From NCBI GenBank assembly GCA_000934665.2, contig JYFJ02000077.1:62001-126000 (forward strand): DNA of 64,000 bases, given 5' to 3'. The DNA is from Catajapyx aquilonaris (Eukaryota). The notes below the pieces were generated by a model. That model was not told where the DNA came from and searched no databases. It worked only from the letters and a program-made list of their open reading frames with translations. The translations under genes and the position numbers were made by a program. Positions 37,601 through 51,120 of this stretch are shown piece after piece (the first letter of the stretch is position 1; every line of letters starts with the position of its first letter).

Positions 37601-39820
37601 CTAAGATGACGGAGTGTCAGCGAATTGGACAGAGTGTAGGTGTCTAAGTGTCCGTCTTTTTTATACAGAGTTCCACTAATAAGTGGATCTATTGCCTGGT
37701 TTTTATCGTAAGGAGGTTGTGTACGAATACGAAGAAGGGCAGTCGAGAACAGGCACTATCGCTAGTCTTGTGAGTGCTGTGCACCTGTATGATTCCAATT
37801 CCGACTATCACGATCTCTAGACCGGCTCGAGTTAACAATGGGTAAGTATTGTACATTCTCATTTTTTGAAGAGATTGGCATAATTCCAGTTGTTGAAGTA
37901 GTGTAACCACATAAGAGGTCATCGGTACGTTTGGCAACGAACCATGTCTCAATGAGATCGGGGCGGGAAGTATTCCAAATTCGCGACGGTTTTTCACGGA
38001 AACTTGGGCATCCGCTTTGGGAAAATAGGTTTCGTGACTATTACGGAATAGGCTGACATGATCCAAAGCAGATATAAAAGGAGGAAAAATATTATAGGAG
38101 TAGCTTTCCCTTTGGTTGGGAGAATGGCCAAAGATCAAACTGGATATATCCTGGCCTTTATGTACTCCGGGCAATTTTCCAATACACCTGTGATTCACCT
38201 ATTTTCATAAATTTTGGTCACTGATGGCCCAAAATATTATCACTGTAGCGCGCCAAAAACTCAGCGCACATGTTATATATTATTCAGTATGTAAATCAGT
38301 GATGCCTGTAAACTATTATGGTGTCCCTTCACTTACTGCGTACATAGTTCGGCTATTAATAAACTGCTGCATTTTTTAGCTATTCCCGATACGTGTGAGC
38401 ATTGCAACAATAATGTAACACAGGCTATTAATTATGTTTGTTACCTCCGGGCAAACACAGGTTCACGTGAGCTTTTAGTTGCTTGCCAATTGCTATATAG
38501 CTTCTGATGACAATAGTGGTGATGTGAACTAACGCACATATTCATATAAAGAGTGACAATATTACGTAACGTGTCCATGCAGTATATGCCATATTTTATT
38601 ACCAGAGAAAATCTTGTTTCCCGGATGCAGGTTACGAGTTATTGTTGTGCTCCACTGACAATGTCGGTGCCTTTTGTGCTGGGTTGACATTTTTGGAGTC
38701 AAAAAAGACGATATGGTACCGATATGGTTGCATGCGACAGTTGCCAGGAGTCACGGCCAACTTGGCCAAGGTGAGCAACTCCCAGAGCCTCTAGAAAGAA
38801 TGCCATGTGAAGAGAGGTGACAATGCCCTCTACGGAACGACGTCAAGCACCTCGATCACGCTTTGGGTTTAATTAATTTCGTGCTAATTTTTTTGCAATA
38901 ATAAATTAACGTTAGAGGCCCAGTAAGGTTTATCCTCACACGCAAAAACAACTTGCGAACAGCCTGTAACGTCTCAGAAAAAGTCAACAAGTTAGTATTT
39001 CATGAGATGGACATTCCGGCCATATTGTTGTTTACGCCATCCGTTAAAAAATACTATCCTCCACATGGTGTTTGCGAAGTACCGAAGCAATTCAAGAAAC
39101 TCGGACAACAGGCTCATATTATGCAACGTGGACAATACCATCTTCTGGGACGTACACAGCATGTACCATCAACCTTGAACTAAAACGTCTGCGTTGAATA
39201 ACTCCGACGCTGAAAAAAATATCATAAAAATCTGAGCGATTTGTCCCCATAAACCGGCAACGTCGTCAGACGATAGACGCCGGTTTTGACGTCACTTGAC
39301 ACGTTTTGAATGCTTCTGAAGGATACTACAACCAGACCCGGCCCCGGATTATTCCTTCTTGAGGGGTTCTCCGGTCTTTTGTTACAAGACCCAAAGTACC
39401 GTAATATAGTCCTCCGAAGGGTCCGCTGGGGGAGACAACAGGAACTTTGGGATCCTTTTTCTGCAGAGACCTTGACGTTTTTCAGAGGAGAAAATGAGAG
39501 TTCCTGGAGTATAACTCTGTCTCTGATGAAAGGTGGAAGGAAATGGGGCCTCACAAACGTCAGCGAAAAGTTAGGTAAATAATATACTCAAACCTATGTA
39601 TACTGTACATGCACGATGTGTCACTGTAGCAAAATGTCCCTTATTGCTAGCAAATCGGTCTAAATTGTGGAATTTGGGTCTGGTGAAAGTTTACCACAGA
39701 ATTGTCTCCGGCTGCATGCACACCGACATGACATATAATTTTCACTGTCAAGCTACGTGTGTCGCTTCATACGTTTCGCAAAAATGTCCTCGTCCAGTAA
39801 TGCATTGATGTAATCTCGGA

Positions 39821-39856
39821 TGTTGTACCCTGCAGTATATACTGCAAGGTACAACA
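39821..39856. repeat. Short palindrome
   Basis: tgttgtaccctgcagtatatactgcaaggtacaaca, one mismatch. Confidence 0.7.
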
Positions 39857-42800
39857 GTTCAATACATCCGAGCACAGTGCAGGATGTTTCTACATATTGG
39901 GTCCCTTCAAGTAGTGACTATACGTATATCAGAAAGCTTTCACTGAAGTAGTGGGAAAGGTCATGGGAAACAAGTGACACTTCTTGTTGGCATCTTGCAA
40001 CTACTCAAATCAAGCTTAGTGACAGGGAATGTCCAAGGGATAATAACAACGTAAATTCGATGTGCACCTGGCCATAAATCGCGTGTATAAAATGGTGGTA
40101 ATTTTGTACCCCATCGGATGATAGTCTAATATTGCTGTTAATTTTCATAATTTCAACATTATTAACCAATAGGTCTCGCGAATGAAGGAATTCACACTTA
40201 TGCAGCTTCATGTCAATAGTTTCAACATTGCTTTGTGTAATTATTCAGTTTGAGTGGCGTGCAACAAAGGCAGCACATGGCGATGAAGGTCAAGAGCAAT
40301 GCCTATGGATAATGTCTCTGGAAAATCGCTATTTTAATTCCACAGATGTATCTAGACTGTTCCAATAATATGCAAGTGGCTATTTCAATTTTACTCGACT
40401 TTAACCCCATAGTCGTTCAAATGATAACAATATTATTGTCGCTTTACCGCCTTTTTCCTCGACTCCAATAATGAGCAGATATACCGTGGTCCTATATAGG
40501 TCTTGAGTAATGAGCATGCAAGGGGCAAGTGATGCACGTCATCACATCGGAATGACAGATAACGTGATTACAACATTTGCCGCCATCCAATAGTACTTAA
40601 CAATAGTGCTGCAAAACATTATTTAGTAACAATTACGTAACAACAGTAATAAAATCATAATTATTTAACTGCGGTTTTAGTGGACATCCCCAGAACCTAA
40701 CTAGTACACGATTTTTCATCTGTCGCGTTGATTCGCAATAGCCGGTAATCGCACAGCAAACAAGTGCCCAGCAAGGACGTTATGAATGATGAATCTGCAT
40801 GTGACGCACTAATACTATCTGCGTCCTTGTCACATTTCCTTCAAAGACCAGCTGTTAGGTTCCCACCTCCTAATGGGTGGCCTTTCCAGGAAATGAGTCG
40901 ACTTTGACCGCACAAGTCTACCGGGTCTCCATGTATCAAACAGTCCTGATGACATCAACCTCTCCAGAGCTGAAGCACATACGTGACAACGTGGTCAAGA
41001 GCACGTTTTAAAAATAACACGTGTGTGACCATGAGCCAATCACATGGATATACAAATGATATTGTCCCATCATGACCTTTGACTGCATTATTATTTAGAA
41101 CACGCGAACATATCGAACAAGTGACTGGAGAATATCGATCTCCAGTCAAATTTACACCTGACTTGATTGCCAAGTGACCTTATTTCAGACTTATTTTAAA
41201 ACCCTCCACAGATGCGGAAATGACGCTCAAATATAGGAATGCAGGTCAGGTCAAGATTCGCAGAAATCTCATCACCGCCATGTTATTTCTGCAAAAATGG
41301 GATCTCTCTCCCACGCGGTGTCAACTCAAAATAATGCTTGAACTGGAGTGACCCCCGTGCCTTGGGTAACACGCACACTTATCAAGTCAACTCCCCCGCA
41401 CAGAATGGCTTCCAAAGCCTCGGATTTTGTCATATTGTCACACAAACCACGGTACGGTGCTGTCCTCTGACGGACACACCCGACACTTGGAATCGCGTTT
41501 CTCCTTTGGTAGGCCTCCAATTTTGGTGAGGCCTACTTTGCAAGTGACACGTGTGTCATCGAGAGGGTCACCAGGATGTTGAATTTTGGATGACCAGAGG
41601 TAATTTTATCAGTTGACCTTTGATGAAATAGAGCCGATGCTAATGCTTGCATCATATACGCGTTTGACCTTCAGTAATCGACTTTAAATGATTGTTTTGT
41701 TTTTTGATGTCCCGAGACATATGTCTGCACTGATTTTTAAGCAAACTGACGGTGCGGATTTAAAATTAAAATTAGGATGGTGATTGAGGGCAATGCCCTG
41801 CTGTCTCTTCCTAGAAGGAAAACTAGTGTGATGGAAGTGCGATGTCCTCTGATGCACTTCCTCCTATAAGGTTTCATCACATGAGGGAAGGCGCCTCTAA
41901 TCGTGAAGCTTTCACCAATATGGAATCAAATTAACGAGAAAAAACATGGATTTGGGAGTAAATTATAACAACTTTACAACCTTGAAACCAATACATACAT
42001 TTCGCGATACTTGTTCGACTGGACCCAAGTGTCTTCCATCACCAACTTTCCATCAAGAGCGTCCTTGTCTTTTAGTATTATTAATCGTGACAGCTGTAAC
42101 TAACCCTTTGAAACCTGCCATTCTTATCCCCTCTTAAGAGGCTCAATTGGTACACTTTCTCTCGCACTATCTAAAAAAGTGGCATGCCAAAAAACGGTTT
42201 GGGAAACCGCAGCCCAGGGGTAGTCCATAAATACCGCATTTGGGAATGTAGGTCGTCATCATCTGGCATTATCTCGCCTATAATCCGACTTGTATTAGAA
42301 GGATCAATTACATCAAATTTTAAGAAAGTGGTTATGTATTGTAAATAACTATAAGTGCATACAAAATTTAGTTTCCTCTCACTTATGTCGATACTGATAC
42401 AGGATAGATATAGAAAATGAACAAATATTAACATATCGGTTTTTCAAACTACAAACTGCCCCCTGAGTAAATACTCGTTATTGTGATAACTGATAAAACC
42501 GTGAATAAATCTGGAGTAAATATTGGGTTCCGAAAGCTGCCAGCTGCAATCGTTGTTTCAGTCTCGTACACCTGCGTTGGTTGCGCATATACAGCGGTGG
42601 GTGTGGTTCGGGTCTAAAGTTCACATGTTGACCTTTCCATACAGCCTACCTACTGCTGTTTGATGACGTCAGAATGCCACGAATGTCATTAGTGTACAGA
42701 AATCAGTTCAGATGTGACATAATGAAGCTGTGAACAGCACAGTCTGAGGCATTGATGTTTACCACAACCAATTCGTTACCTGGCTTTTTTACTGCCAGAC

Positions 42801-45510
42801 CAGTACCGTTAGCTTTATCGGTATCTAATATTAGCACAAGACTATAAGACACACTGTGCACATGTAGAAACTGCGTAGAGTGACGTCTAACTTACAGCTG
42901 CAGCAGCTTGAGCAAGCAGCACAAATTGGCCGCTATTAAATGACAATTAGCGGAAAATAAGGGTTAGACAGGCACTTTCTGATGCAAAATATGCAAGACG
43001 AGAAGAAAATGTCTGGCTCGAGTTTGTTGTCATGCCGTAAGATGCAACATATTAAAATCTTGTAACTGCTCCTTAAAAAGTAACAGTAATATATCTTACT
43101 TTTTCTGGAGGCTTCCTGTAGCTATACACAGGGCTCCGGAACCTTGGTGAAATTAATTTTCTAGAAGAAGGAGCACTTTCATATTTGCTAAGGTATTTCG
43201 TTTCGCCTCGTAGAATGATTGACGTTTCTCTGAGAAGAATTTGAATTCACTTGTGGGAATGGCAGGGATGGAAGTTGGCCAACTGTCTGCAACCTCTTAT
43301 GAATATGTATACTCGCGCTTTGAGAGTAACATATTTTCATCCCCCTTTTAAAATGCGGAGTAGCATGCTTTCAAAATTATTTTCTACGATACTTCAATGA
43401 TACCAAATCATGATTCATACCAGTTGTTCCTGGCACGAATCGAAGGCGTGCGTAATACAGTCTGATTAGAAACCTGCGAATGCCTTTTTTATTGTGTGAG
43501 CGCATGATTGGCACAGTACTTAACGACACGAAATAAGTTCCGCACTATGTCTGCGCTGAGTCAATCTCTGACCACAAGAGTTGCGCACTCCTATATCTAT
43601 GACTGCATGAGAACATATATTTCCTCGTACCAAGATGACTTGAGGGCTAGTCACTTACGGCTAAGAACGACACCGGGGATTTTGCAAGATAATTTCCTTT
43701 GATTAGATGTATAGCAGATGGCCTGTTGCGAGCACTAGGTTCATTAATGTGTGGACAATTGGCCACTTTCGCAACATTTAATATCCATCTTTAACTACAT
43801 AAATTAGTCCATAGCTACTGTTTAATGTTTCAAGGAAGGTCAAATCAACAATATTGTGAAACTTATAATTAACGGCTAATAATTCTCCACGGGAAGCACA
43901 TACTACGCGACATCTTCGTTTTTTGTAGATATTTACAGTCCCACTGCCAAGGTTACATCCTCGGTCTAGGCATGCCTCAGAGGTACGATAGTATCTACCA
44001 TTCAGTGTGCATGTCATACGGATAATTATTACGACAGGTGCTCCACATATACAGTATGCAGAATTATACGTATAGGCTACCAAGTGCTGCATCATTTAGC
44101 TTTATAAATGATCTTTTAAAAGCACCAAGGCCTGCATGTGACGTAGGTTCTGCAGACTGGTCCCTTTCCGATTTTTTTTATTTTTATTTTACGAAAGGAA
44201 TCCACAGGAAACTGGATATATGTAGTTGTGTAACACTTCCTTGGGTGGTTTTGCGCCCTCCCATATTTAGGGAGGGAATATGACGTAAATTCCTAGAAGC
44301 AATGGATACTGGATTTGAATATGGCGTTTCGATCGTTGTTGGACGACTTTGTGACGTTACATCTGCTCCGTCGTTATAGGCAATAAGGCAAAACTCAATC
44401 AGCTGTTCTGAAGGTCGCATAATGATCCCTAATTGGCCATGTTGATTGGCGGAATACTGAATGTTGAAAAGAAGGGGCTTCCATCCAGGGTTATTTAAGG
44501 GTCTCGCCCCTGACCTCGCAGAGCTAAACTCGAGAACTGTGAAATATTAGCTGTGTATTAGCCACGTTCGGCAGCGTGGAATCTCCAAATTGTGCGTGGC
44601 ACATGTTCAGCGTGTATAGGTATGATGCGTTGCCAAGTCCGGCAAGCACAGGAAGGTGATATGATGAGAAAGAACGAACACTTGATAATAATTTAAAATG
44701 GCAGATATTCGTAGCGAGCCTATTGCCGTCAGGAGTAATTTTTATTATGCATGAATATGAGATGCAATTTTAAAATTTTAAAATTTTAGCAATCATTTGC
44801 TTAGTAATCATCTCTTCAATCAAATATCAACATAAACACCAGCAAAATGAACACCTTTGCATTATACAATAGCCTCCCAGACATTTCGTGACTTGTCACC
44901 AGTCGAATGTCTCACTCGGCTCATTGTCGTCAGAATGTTTCATTTCACAAAGCAGGACTTTCTTTGGCCAGACCCTTCTTGACGACAATCGCGGAACACT
45001 CGTGGTCCGTTTTTCTTGTCGCAAGCCCCTTCTTTGTCCGTTGTTTCGCACGCAAAAAAAGGCCGGGTGTGCCTCCAAAGTGGATGGATAGATGGATGGT
45101 TGGATGGATGATGAAGTAGGGTGAAGGGAAAAAGAGGAGGGGGAATCCGAGGGGAGAGGGGAAAGGAGGGGGAATATGCCGGGGAGGGGTGGCAGCCATG
45201 GAGAGCTGGAATGATTATCGGGAGGGTCTGGCAGTTGGAAAGCGAGCGAGTATGGCGGCGGACTTGCGCAGGAGAGCCAACGTAGGAGGCCCTGTTGCCT
45301 ACGAGGGCCATCATCCAAGGTGAGGTGGTTGCTGCTGTTGACCACCACAGGACAATACATCCGTCCAACGAACGAGGAGTGCCTTCGGACCACTGGGCTT
45401 CCCCTAAGCAGCAGACCGCAGTCCTCATCAGAACATATTGCCTTATGATCACGTGTAGTGATGTGCCGGATATAGTGTAAAACTAGTTGACAAAAGAGTT
45501 CCTATAAAAT

Positions 45511-45671
45511 ATGACAAAGACCAATAGGAAAGGACCGGGTCGCTGGCGATCTGGACCGGCCAAAGATGAAGAGACAGTGCCCCTGGCTACTCCGGAAGAC
45601 ACCAGGGATCTGATGAGACCTAGGGTGGTTCGATTTCAGGATGGAACTACCATTTGGAGCCGAAGTACTTT
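45511..45671 (+). CDS. Probable first coding exon of the NDAE1-like gene
   Basis: Open frame MTKTNRKGPGRWRSGPAKDEETVPLATPEDTRDLMRPRVVRFQDGTTIWSRST ending at a strong gtgagt donor in phase 2, matching the phase-2 acceptor at 51121. Confidence 0.6.
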
Positions 45672-48600
45672 GTGAGTATTGACAGCCACGCGACTCAGGG
45701 TTGTTGGCCTTTTGTGGGCGGCAGGAAAAGAGAAAAACTTGGGCAATATCTTCTAGAAAAGGTTTTGACGTCTTGATGGATGCGTCACTGATCTTGGGCC
45801 TTGATAATACGGGTACACATATTCTGGATGGTGTCTCTACTTTCGACAGCCAGAATCAAAGTTCACAAACTTGACCTTAAAATGTTATCAACCCTTTGGG
45901 CCGGCACACACCGAGGAATAAATTTTTAATAGACAGAGCGTGTTCAGTTTTAAACAATTGTTGCCGGGCGGACACATTAACAACGTCCTGTATTACGCAA
46001 GTACCAGTCCAAAAAATTGTCTCTCAATAATTTTCGGTCATTCACTACACGTAAAAGGGATGCAATTAATGGACTCAGAGGTAGACTTTCCGACAGTGAC
46101 CAATGCCCTTGTTACCATTCCGGTGACAATGACCATAAAAGGTCGAAATGACAAGAATCGGGGTGAAGACTATGGCAAAGACCTACTCACGCAGTGGTCA
46201 CGCACATATCCATCTAATTCATTGAGGTTGGCCCAAACTGGTCTCCAGGGGAAAGTGTGAGAGGATTAGCTTGAATTATTATCACACGTATAGGGTGCGA
46301 GAGGTATGTAAAAAAATTAAAACCGGTACGTAGGTCATGACGTCAGAGCACACGTGCTTGTCGAGTGACCGCGAAATAAATTTTTGGCCCCTGTATATGG
46401 AATATGTCTCAATTCGAGGGGGAGTTGGGGAAATACAAAAGACGTGGTCGAAGAGAATATATACTGAGATTTCCCTGGAAGCTTTCCAACGAAGTAGACG
46501 GCGCTCAAAAACTGTTGTCCTTGTCCTTGAAGGAAGAATTTCTTGGGAGACAGAACTGAAGGAGGAAGACTTTTTTCACAGGGGTGTTATGTGGAAGAGA
46601 GAGAAAAAAATTGTTTCGGGAGAGTACCTCCTTGATTGCCCATTATTTCCTGATATTGTTGGGGAATTCGATGGTGATATTTCTTATGATATTGCCTAGC
46701 ACGCAACTGTCTCAAGGATATTCCAAAACGTCACTTGTTATACTCGACTTGGCGCTACATGCCACAAGAAATGATAAGTTTTATTGTTTATATTGCAGTT
46801 GCTATTTCTTTCAATGACATTTGAATGAAATTTATAAAAATAACCTAAACGAATTATAATATCAAACGAACTTATTGCATACCATGAACCGGTTGCACTA
46901 GAGTCGACTAGACTCTATACAGAATAATTATCCTAATCAAGTCTAAAATTGGCTGCGTAAAAATAGTCAACAAGTGTTGTCTCGCTGATACAATAATGTA
47001 TGAAGCTTATTCTTATTTTATCTTTAGCGATTCCAACGTCCTGTTGCCTAAATTGCACACACCTTAAACTTTTCCAGGAATTCGACATCACATTTTATGC
47101 GTAATGTTACCCAAAATGCAATAAAGCAACGTTTGACGTCTGGTTTTTAAGCAACATTTAGGTAGTGAAATTTATGCGTAATTGTGTCAGAAAACGTAAC
47201 GGTTGAATAACAGGCATTACCTTAATATTGCTACACTTACACTTATGCACAGCATTGTGTTATCCGTCACAAACACGCACTCTATACCGTCATGCTGCTG
47301 AAACGAGGTTAGTGGGTCATATCGTTTCGCGAATTTTATTATTACGCCCACTTACGTACCTAGCTCAATGCAGGTATCATCAGACACGGTGCAAGAAAAA
47401 TCGCAGTTACTTCCTGTTACACCACAGCATCAATCTTTGGTCCAAAAAAAAACCCCCGCCAATATATCGTGAATCAAAGTGATGTTAATTAATTGGAACT
47501 ACCAGGAAAATGCCGGCTGACTTCTGCGACAGGTGCGTATGTGGGGGAAAAAATGGGGAACGTTGACCGAGAGTGAATCCCACGAAATCCAGGTACCTAG
47601 AAAAAGCCAGTGACTTCAACCATGAGAGGAGAAACGTGCAAAAAAATACGAATAATATGGTATGCAATCAGATCCATCCTCTATCATTATTAATATGGTT
47701 AGTCATCCTATTATCTCGTGCGTAACTCCAGCAGGTGTGGTATTCTATAGGGATTTCCACCTGTCCGGAAATTCCAGTTTGCCTTTGTCCCAGACTTTTT
47801 GTCCGCCACAATACGTGAGCTCCACAAAATATCGGATGAGATGATGCTTTTCCAGCACCAAAAGAGAAATCAGTGCCAACACGCCCCTGTCCTTTCTTGT
47901 CAGATGCAGGCGACCCTTACTGAATATTCTATAAACCACCCAGAATTCTAAATGAGAAATGTGCAAAACGATATATACGGGCGGACGATCCTGTAAACGC
48001 CCCCACATTACGCGCGCGCAAAAAAAATGGCCTTCGCATGTAATATTTTTCTTATGGCTATCTCCTTCCAACGAGCAAGCCGGAGGAATGCTCTTGGAAA
48101 TACAATTCCTGAAATGGCTCTTGTGGTCTTACGAGGAATTTGGCGCCATGTGTTGAATGCATGATGTGAAAAGCTTAAGAATTTTCAAAGGCGTGGTATA
48201 TTCTCACAGTGAATGTCCAGCATAATGTTCCGGGCGTAATTGGTAATTGTGCTGGTAGCAAAATGAGCTGAAGTTGAATTTTGGCACTTTTGTTTAAAAC
48301 AATAGCCACTTGCATTATGAATAAATGCCTCTCAATTTTATTCATAAAATATTGTAATTACCACATGATGTGCAAGTTTCATTCAAGTCATAATTATTTT
48401 AACTACCGGTATGTATAAAGTATCTTGCATAATGATTGTACTTCCTGATGATAAAAGCATTCATAGAACTTGACTCATCATTATCTCTCTTGCCATGTCG
48501 CAGATTGTTTCTATAATAATCCTAGGTCTGGAAGTTTTCCACACTTCAGAGTACGTGCACCTCGCTTTGTGTGCAAATTCTATCGGAAACCTTTATCAAA

Positions 48601-51120
48601 CTACTACATCATGTGAAAGCCAAAACTGTTTGGCAAGTTTCACCCCACTTCCGAAGACGTGGAAATACTTTCACACGCTATTACTTTGTTGAAAACTATT
48701 CTCAACCGCTTCTAAACTAGAAACCTGTCTAGAGGTGATGTTGGAATAGCAACGTTTACGTCAATTCGCCAAGAATAGACGTTCTCTCTGTTTGGAAGCC
48801 ACGGTGACTACATCCGGGCATATGAGAATATCCCTCCGACATTGATGTCAACGTACTTACGTCGCTGCGTATATACGAACAGGATTTATTTTTTTATCCA
48901 ACCTGAACTTTGCTGATATCTGTGTAAGGCGTGTAATTCCCCCTATAAAACCGGCTCTTTTTTTCTAGTTTTATTGACGCCACGTATACGTGGTACGAGC
49001 CTTGTGTTTCTAAGGCGAAAATGCTGTCCAAGGGCTTTAGGTTTCCAATGCCTGACCTTGGTTGAAGGAAGTTAGGGGAGGCTTGAAAAATTGGGGTTGG
49101 TAGTTTCAAGTATGGGTTGGGGTTGGTCGTTCCAAGAGCAGATGGTCAGGGTTGCATGCTGGGAATGAAAAAAAGAGGCAACAGTTGGAATAACGTACAC
49201 GTATTACATATTCTACTTTTGCACATGCGTCTTTGAATTACAATGAATTCAAAAGATTGGGATCAAGTTGAAGTTTTTTTCGAAACGTTTTCTAGGAGAC
49301 GGTTTTGCTCGGCTATTTACAATCCGGTGAAAGACAAGTGACATTGTGTGGTGTCCAAGTAGGTCAAATGCAAGGAACGACCTCAATTTGGCACCCAATT
49401 GCGTCATTTTGTAGGTTGATAACACGTCGGAAATAAAGCCATCAACTTTAAGCTAAGCCAAATAATGTAGACACACAGCCCAAATGCGGCTTACGTATGT
49501 GAATATTTAACGCTCTATGCTTATATAACAGCACCTGCTAATTAAATAATCCACCGTAAGGTTGGCACAAAGTCATTTCAGAATACCATTACTAGGACTG
49601 TGCCTATTCACTACAGTTCTGCTTTCATTGTTTTTAAATGATTCAAATTAAATTTTGCGACCCGACACTAAATCATCACCTGAAATAAGCAATCAACAGC
49701 CATTCAGTTCAATTCATTGACCCGATCCGATTACGATTCCACTTCGCGTTCATCCCTGATTCATTGCTCGAACTTGGTAAATAGCAGGTTTGTGACGCGC
49801 CTAAATCCATGGTATTAGCCTGTTACCACGATTCTAGAGCCAAGTCTGAGGTCATCCACCTCAACGGCTTCTTTCAAGTGCCCATATGCGGACTTTAGCA
49901 AGGACGCTTCAAATAGTCATTCTAAGCAAAGGGAGGTGTGTGTTCAGAATTAATTCGAGTCTTGAAATAACCTATATCACGCGCCATGTGATTCACACTT
50001 ATCACCAACATTGCGAAAATACAATATCACTCGCGAATTTCGACGTCATATTATGCGCTGGGGAAGTCTGCAACAAAAGCGCAACAGTGCAATATGGCAA
50101 CGCATCCCGGAGCAAACCACCAGAATCGATCTATGGTGGCACCAACATGGGCGGCTTTTCCTGAAAGTAGTGCAGAGTGATTGACTGGCTTTTGAGAGGG
50201 TCTTTTACTATAGGAGATTGAGACACGCGACATTCAACATATAGAACTCATTCATAACAGACCAATGTATGTTTGGAAATATGATGATTTGGCATCGTTG
50301 CTTCGTAGGACCGATAAAAAAGAACAGATTTTGGCACAAGTTCTTGGACGCCGTCAGTGATGCTTTTGACTCCGGTCTGTTCACATGGTCGTCGGTGACC
50401 CAATGGAAATCCCCGCATTGTCGATCGACCGGTGTGGTGTGTATAAACGTTTTGCGGATTTCGTATGAGCTGGACGCAACATGTAAGTTTGCAAATTTAT
50501 TATACCGGTACATTAAATATAGCAGGGCAGCTGATATGATTAAGCTCATTGCCAAGTTCAAGAGGGTGATTTGTTGCTGTTCAGCTTATCAGTCGCTATT
50601 CGGTGTCTATCAGTAAATAGCAGAGTAAGCTTGATGGATTTAAAACAGGCGCCGCTAGGGTGGCGCTCACCTATGTTTTATAGTCGTGTCACCTACTTCT
50701 GAGCCCACATTTTAAGCTTTATTTCATTAAAATTGATCCCCGCAGTGGCCCCCACGGTATTGCTTACCAAAGTTCAGCTGGCGCTATACCAACCCTCCGC
50801 AATAACAATGCTTTCCAGCCCCATTATAGCCTCATTTCGGACCGCCTCCTACATTCAGGCCTGTTTGTCCAAACCCTGAAGGTTAATCGGGAAACAATTT
50901 GAGAATTAGGCGGTTGTCAAGTTTGTTTGCGTCCTGAGTTCTCCTATTGAATGCATTCACCAAAAATGGGGGTCTTTCAAAGTCAACAGGATCCGGATTC
51001 CGGACGATGAAGTAGAATGGTTATGGGGTTACTAATTGGAAATAGTGCGTCAGTAGGACTGGTTCCAGATTGCTTATAAGTGAAGCTGAACACTAAAGAT
51101 GGTCTATTTCTCTTCTGCAG

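Noticed and set aside
37689..38198. 169-aa minus-strand ORF
   Set aside because: No recognisable domain and no supporting splice structure.
44896..45452. Overlapping 165-170 aa minus-strand ORFs
   Set aside because: Produced by low-complexity GC/purine tracts; no family features.
46289..46396. Possible TA-flanked MITE
   Set aside because: Terminal repeats match over only a few bases.
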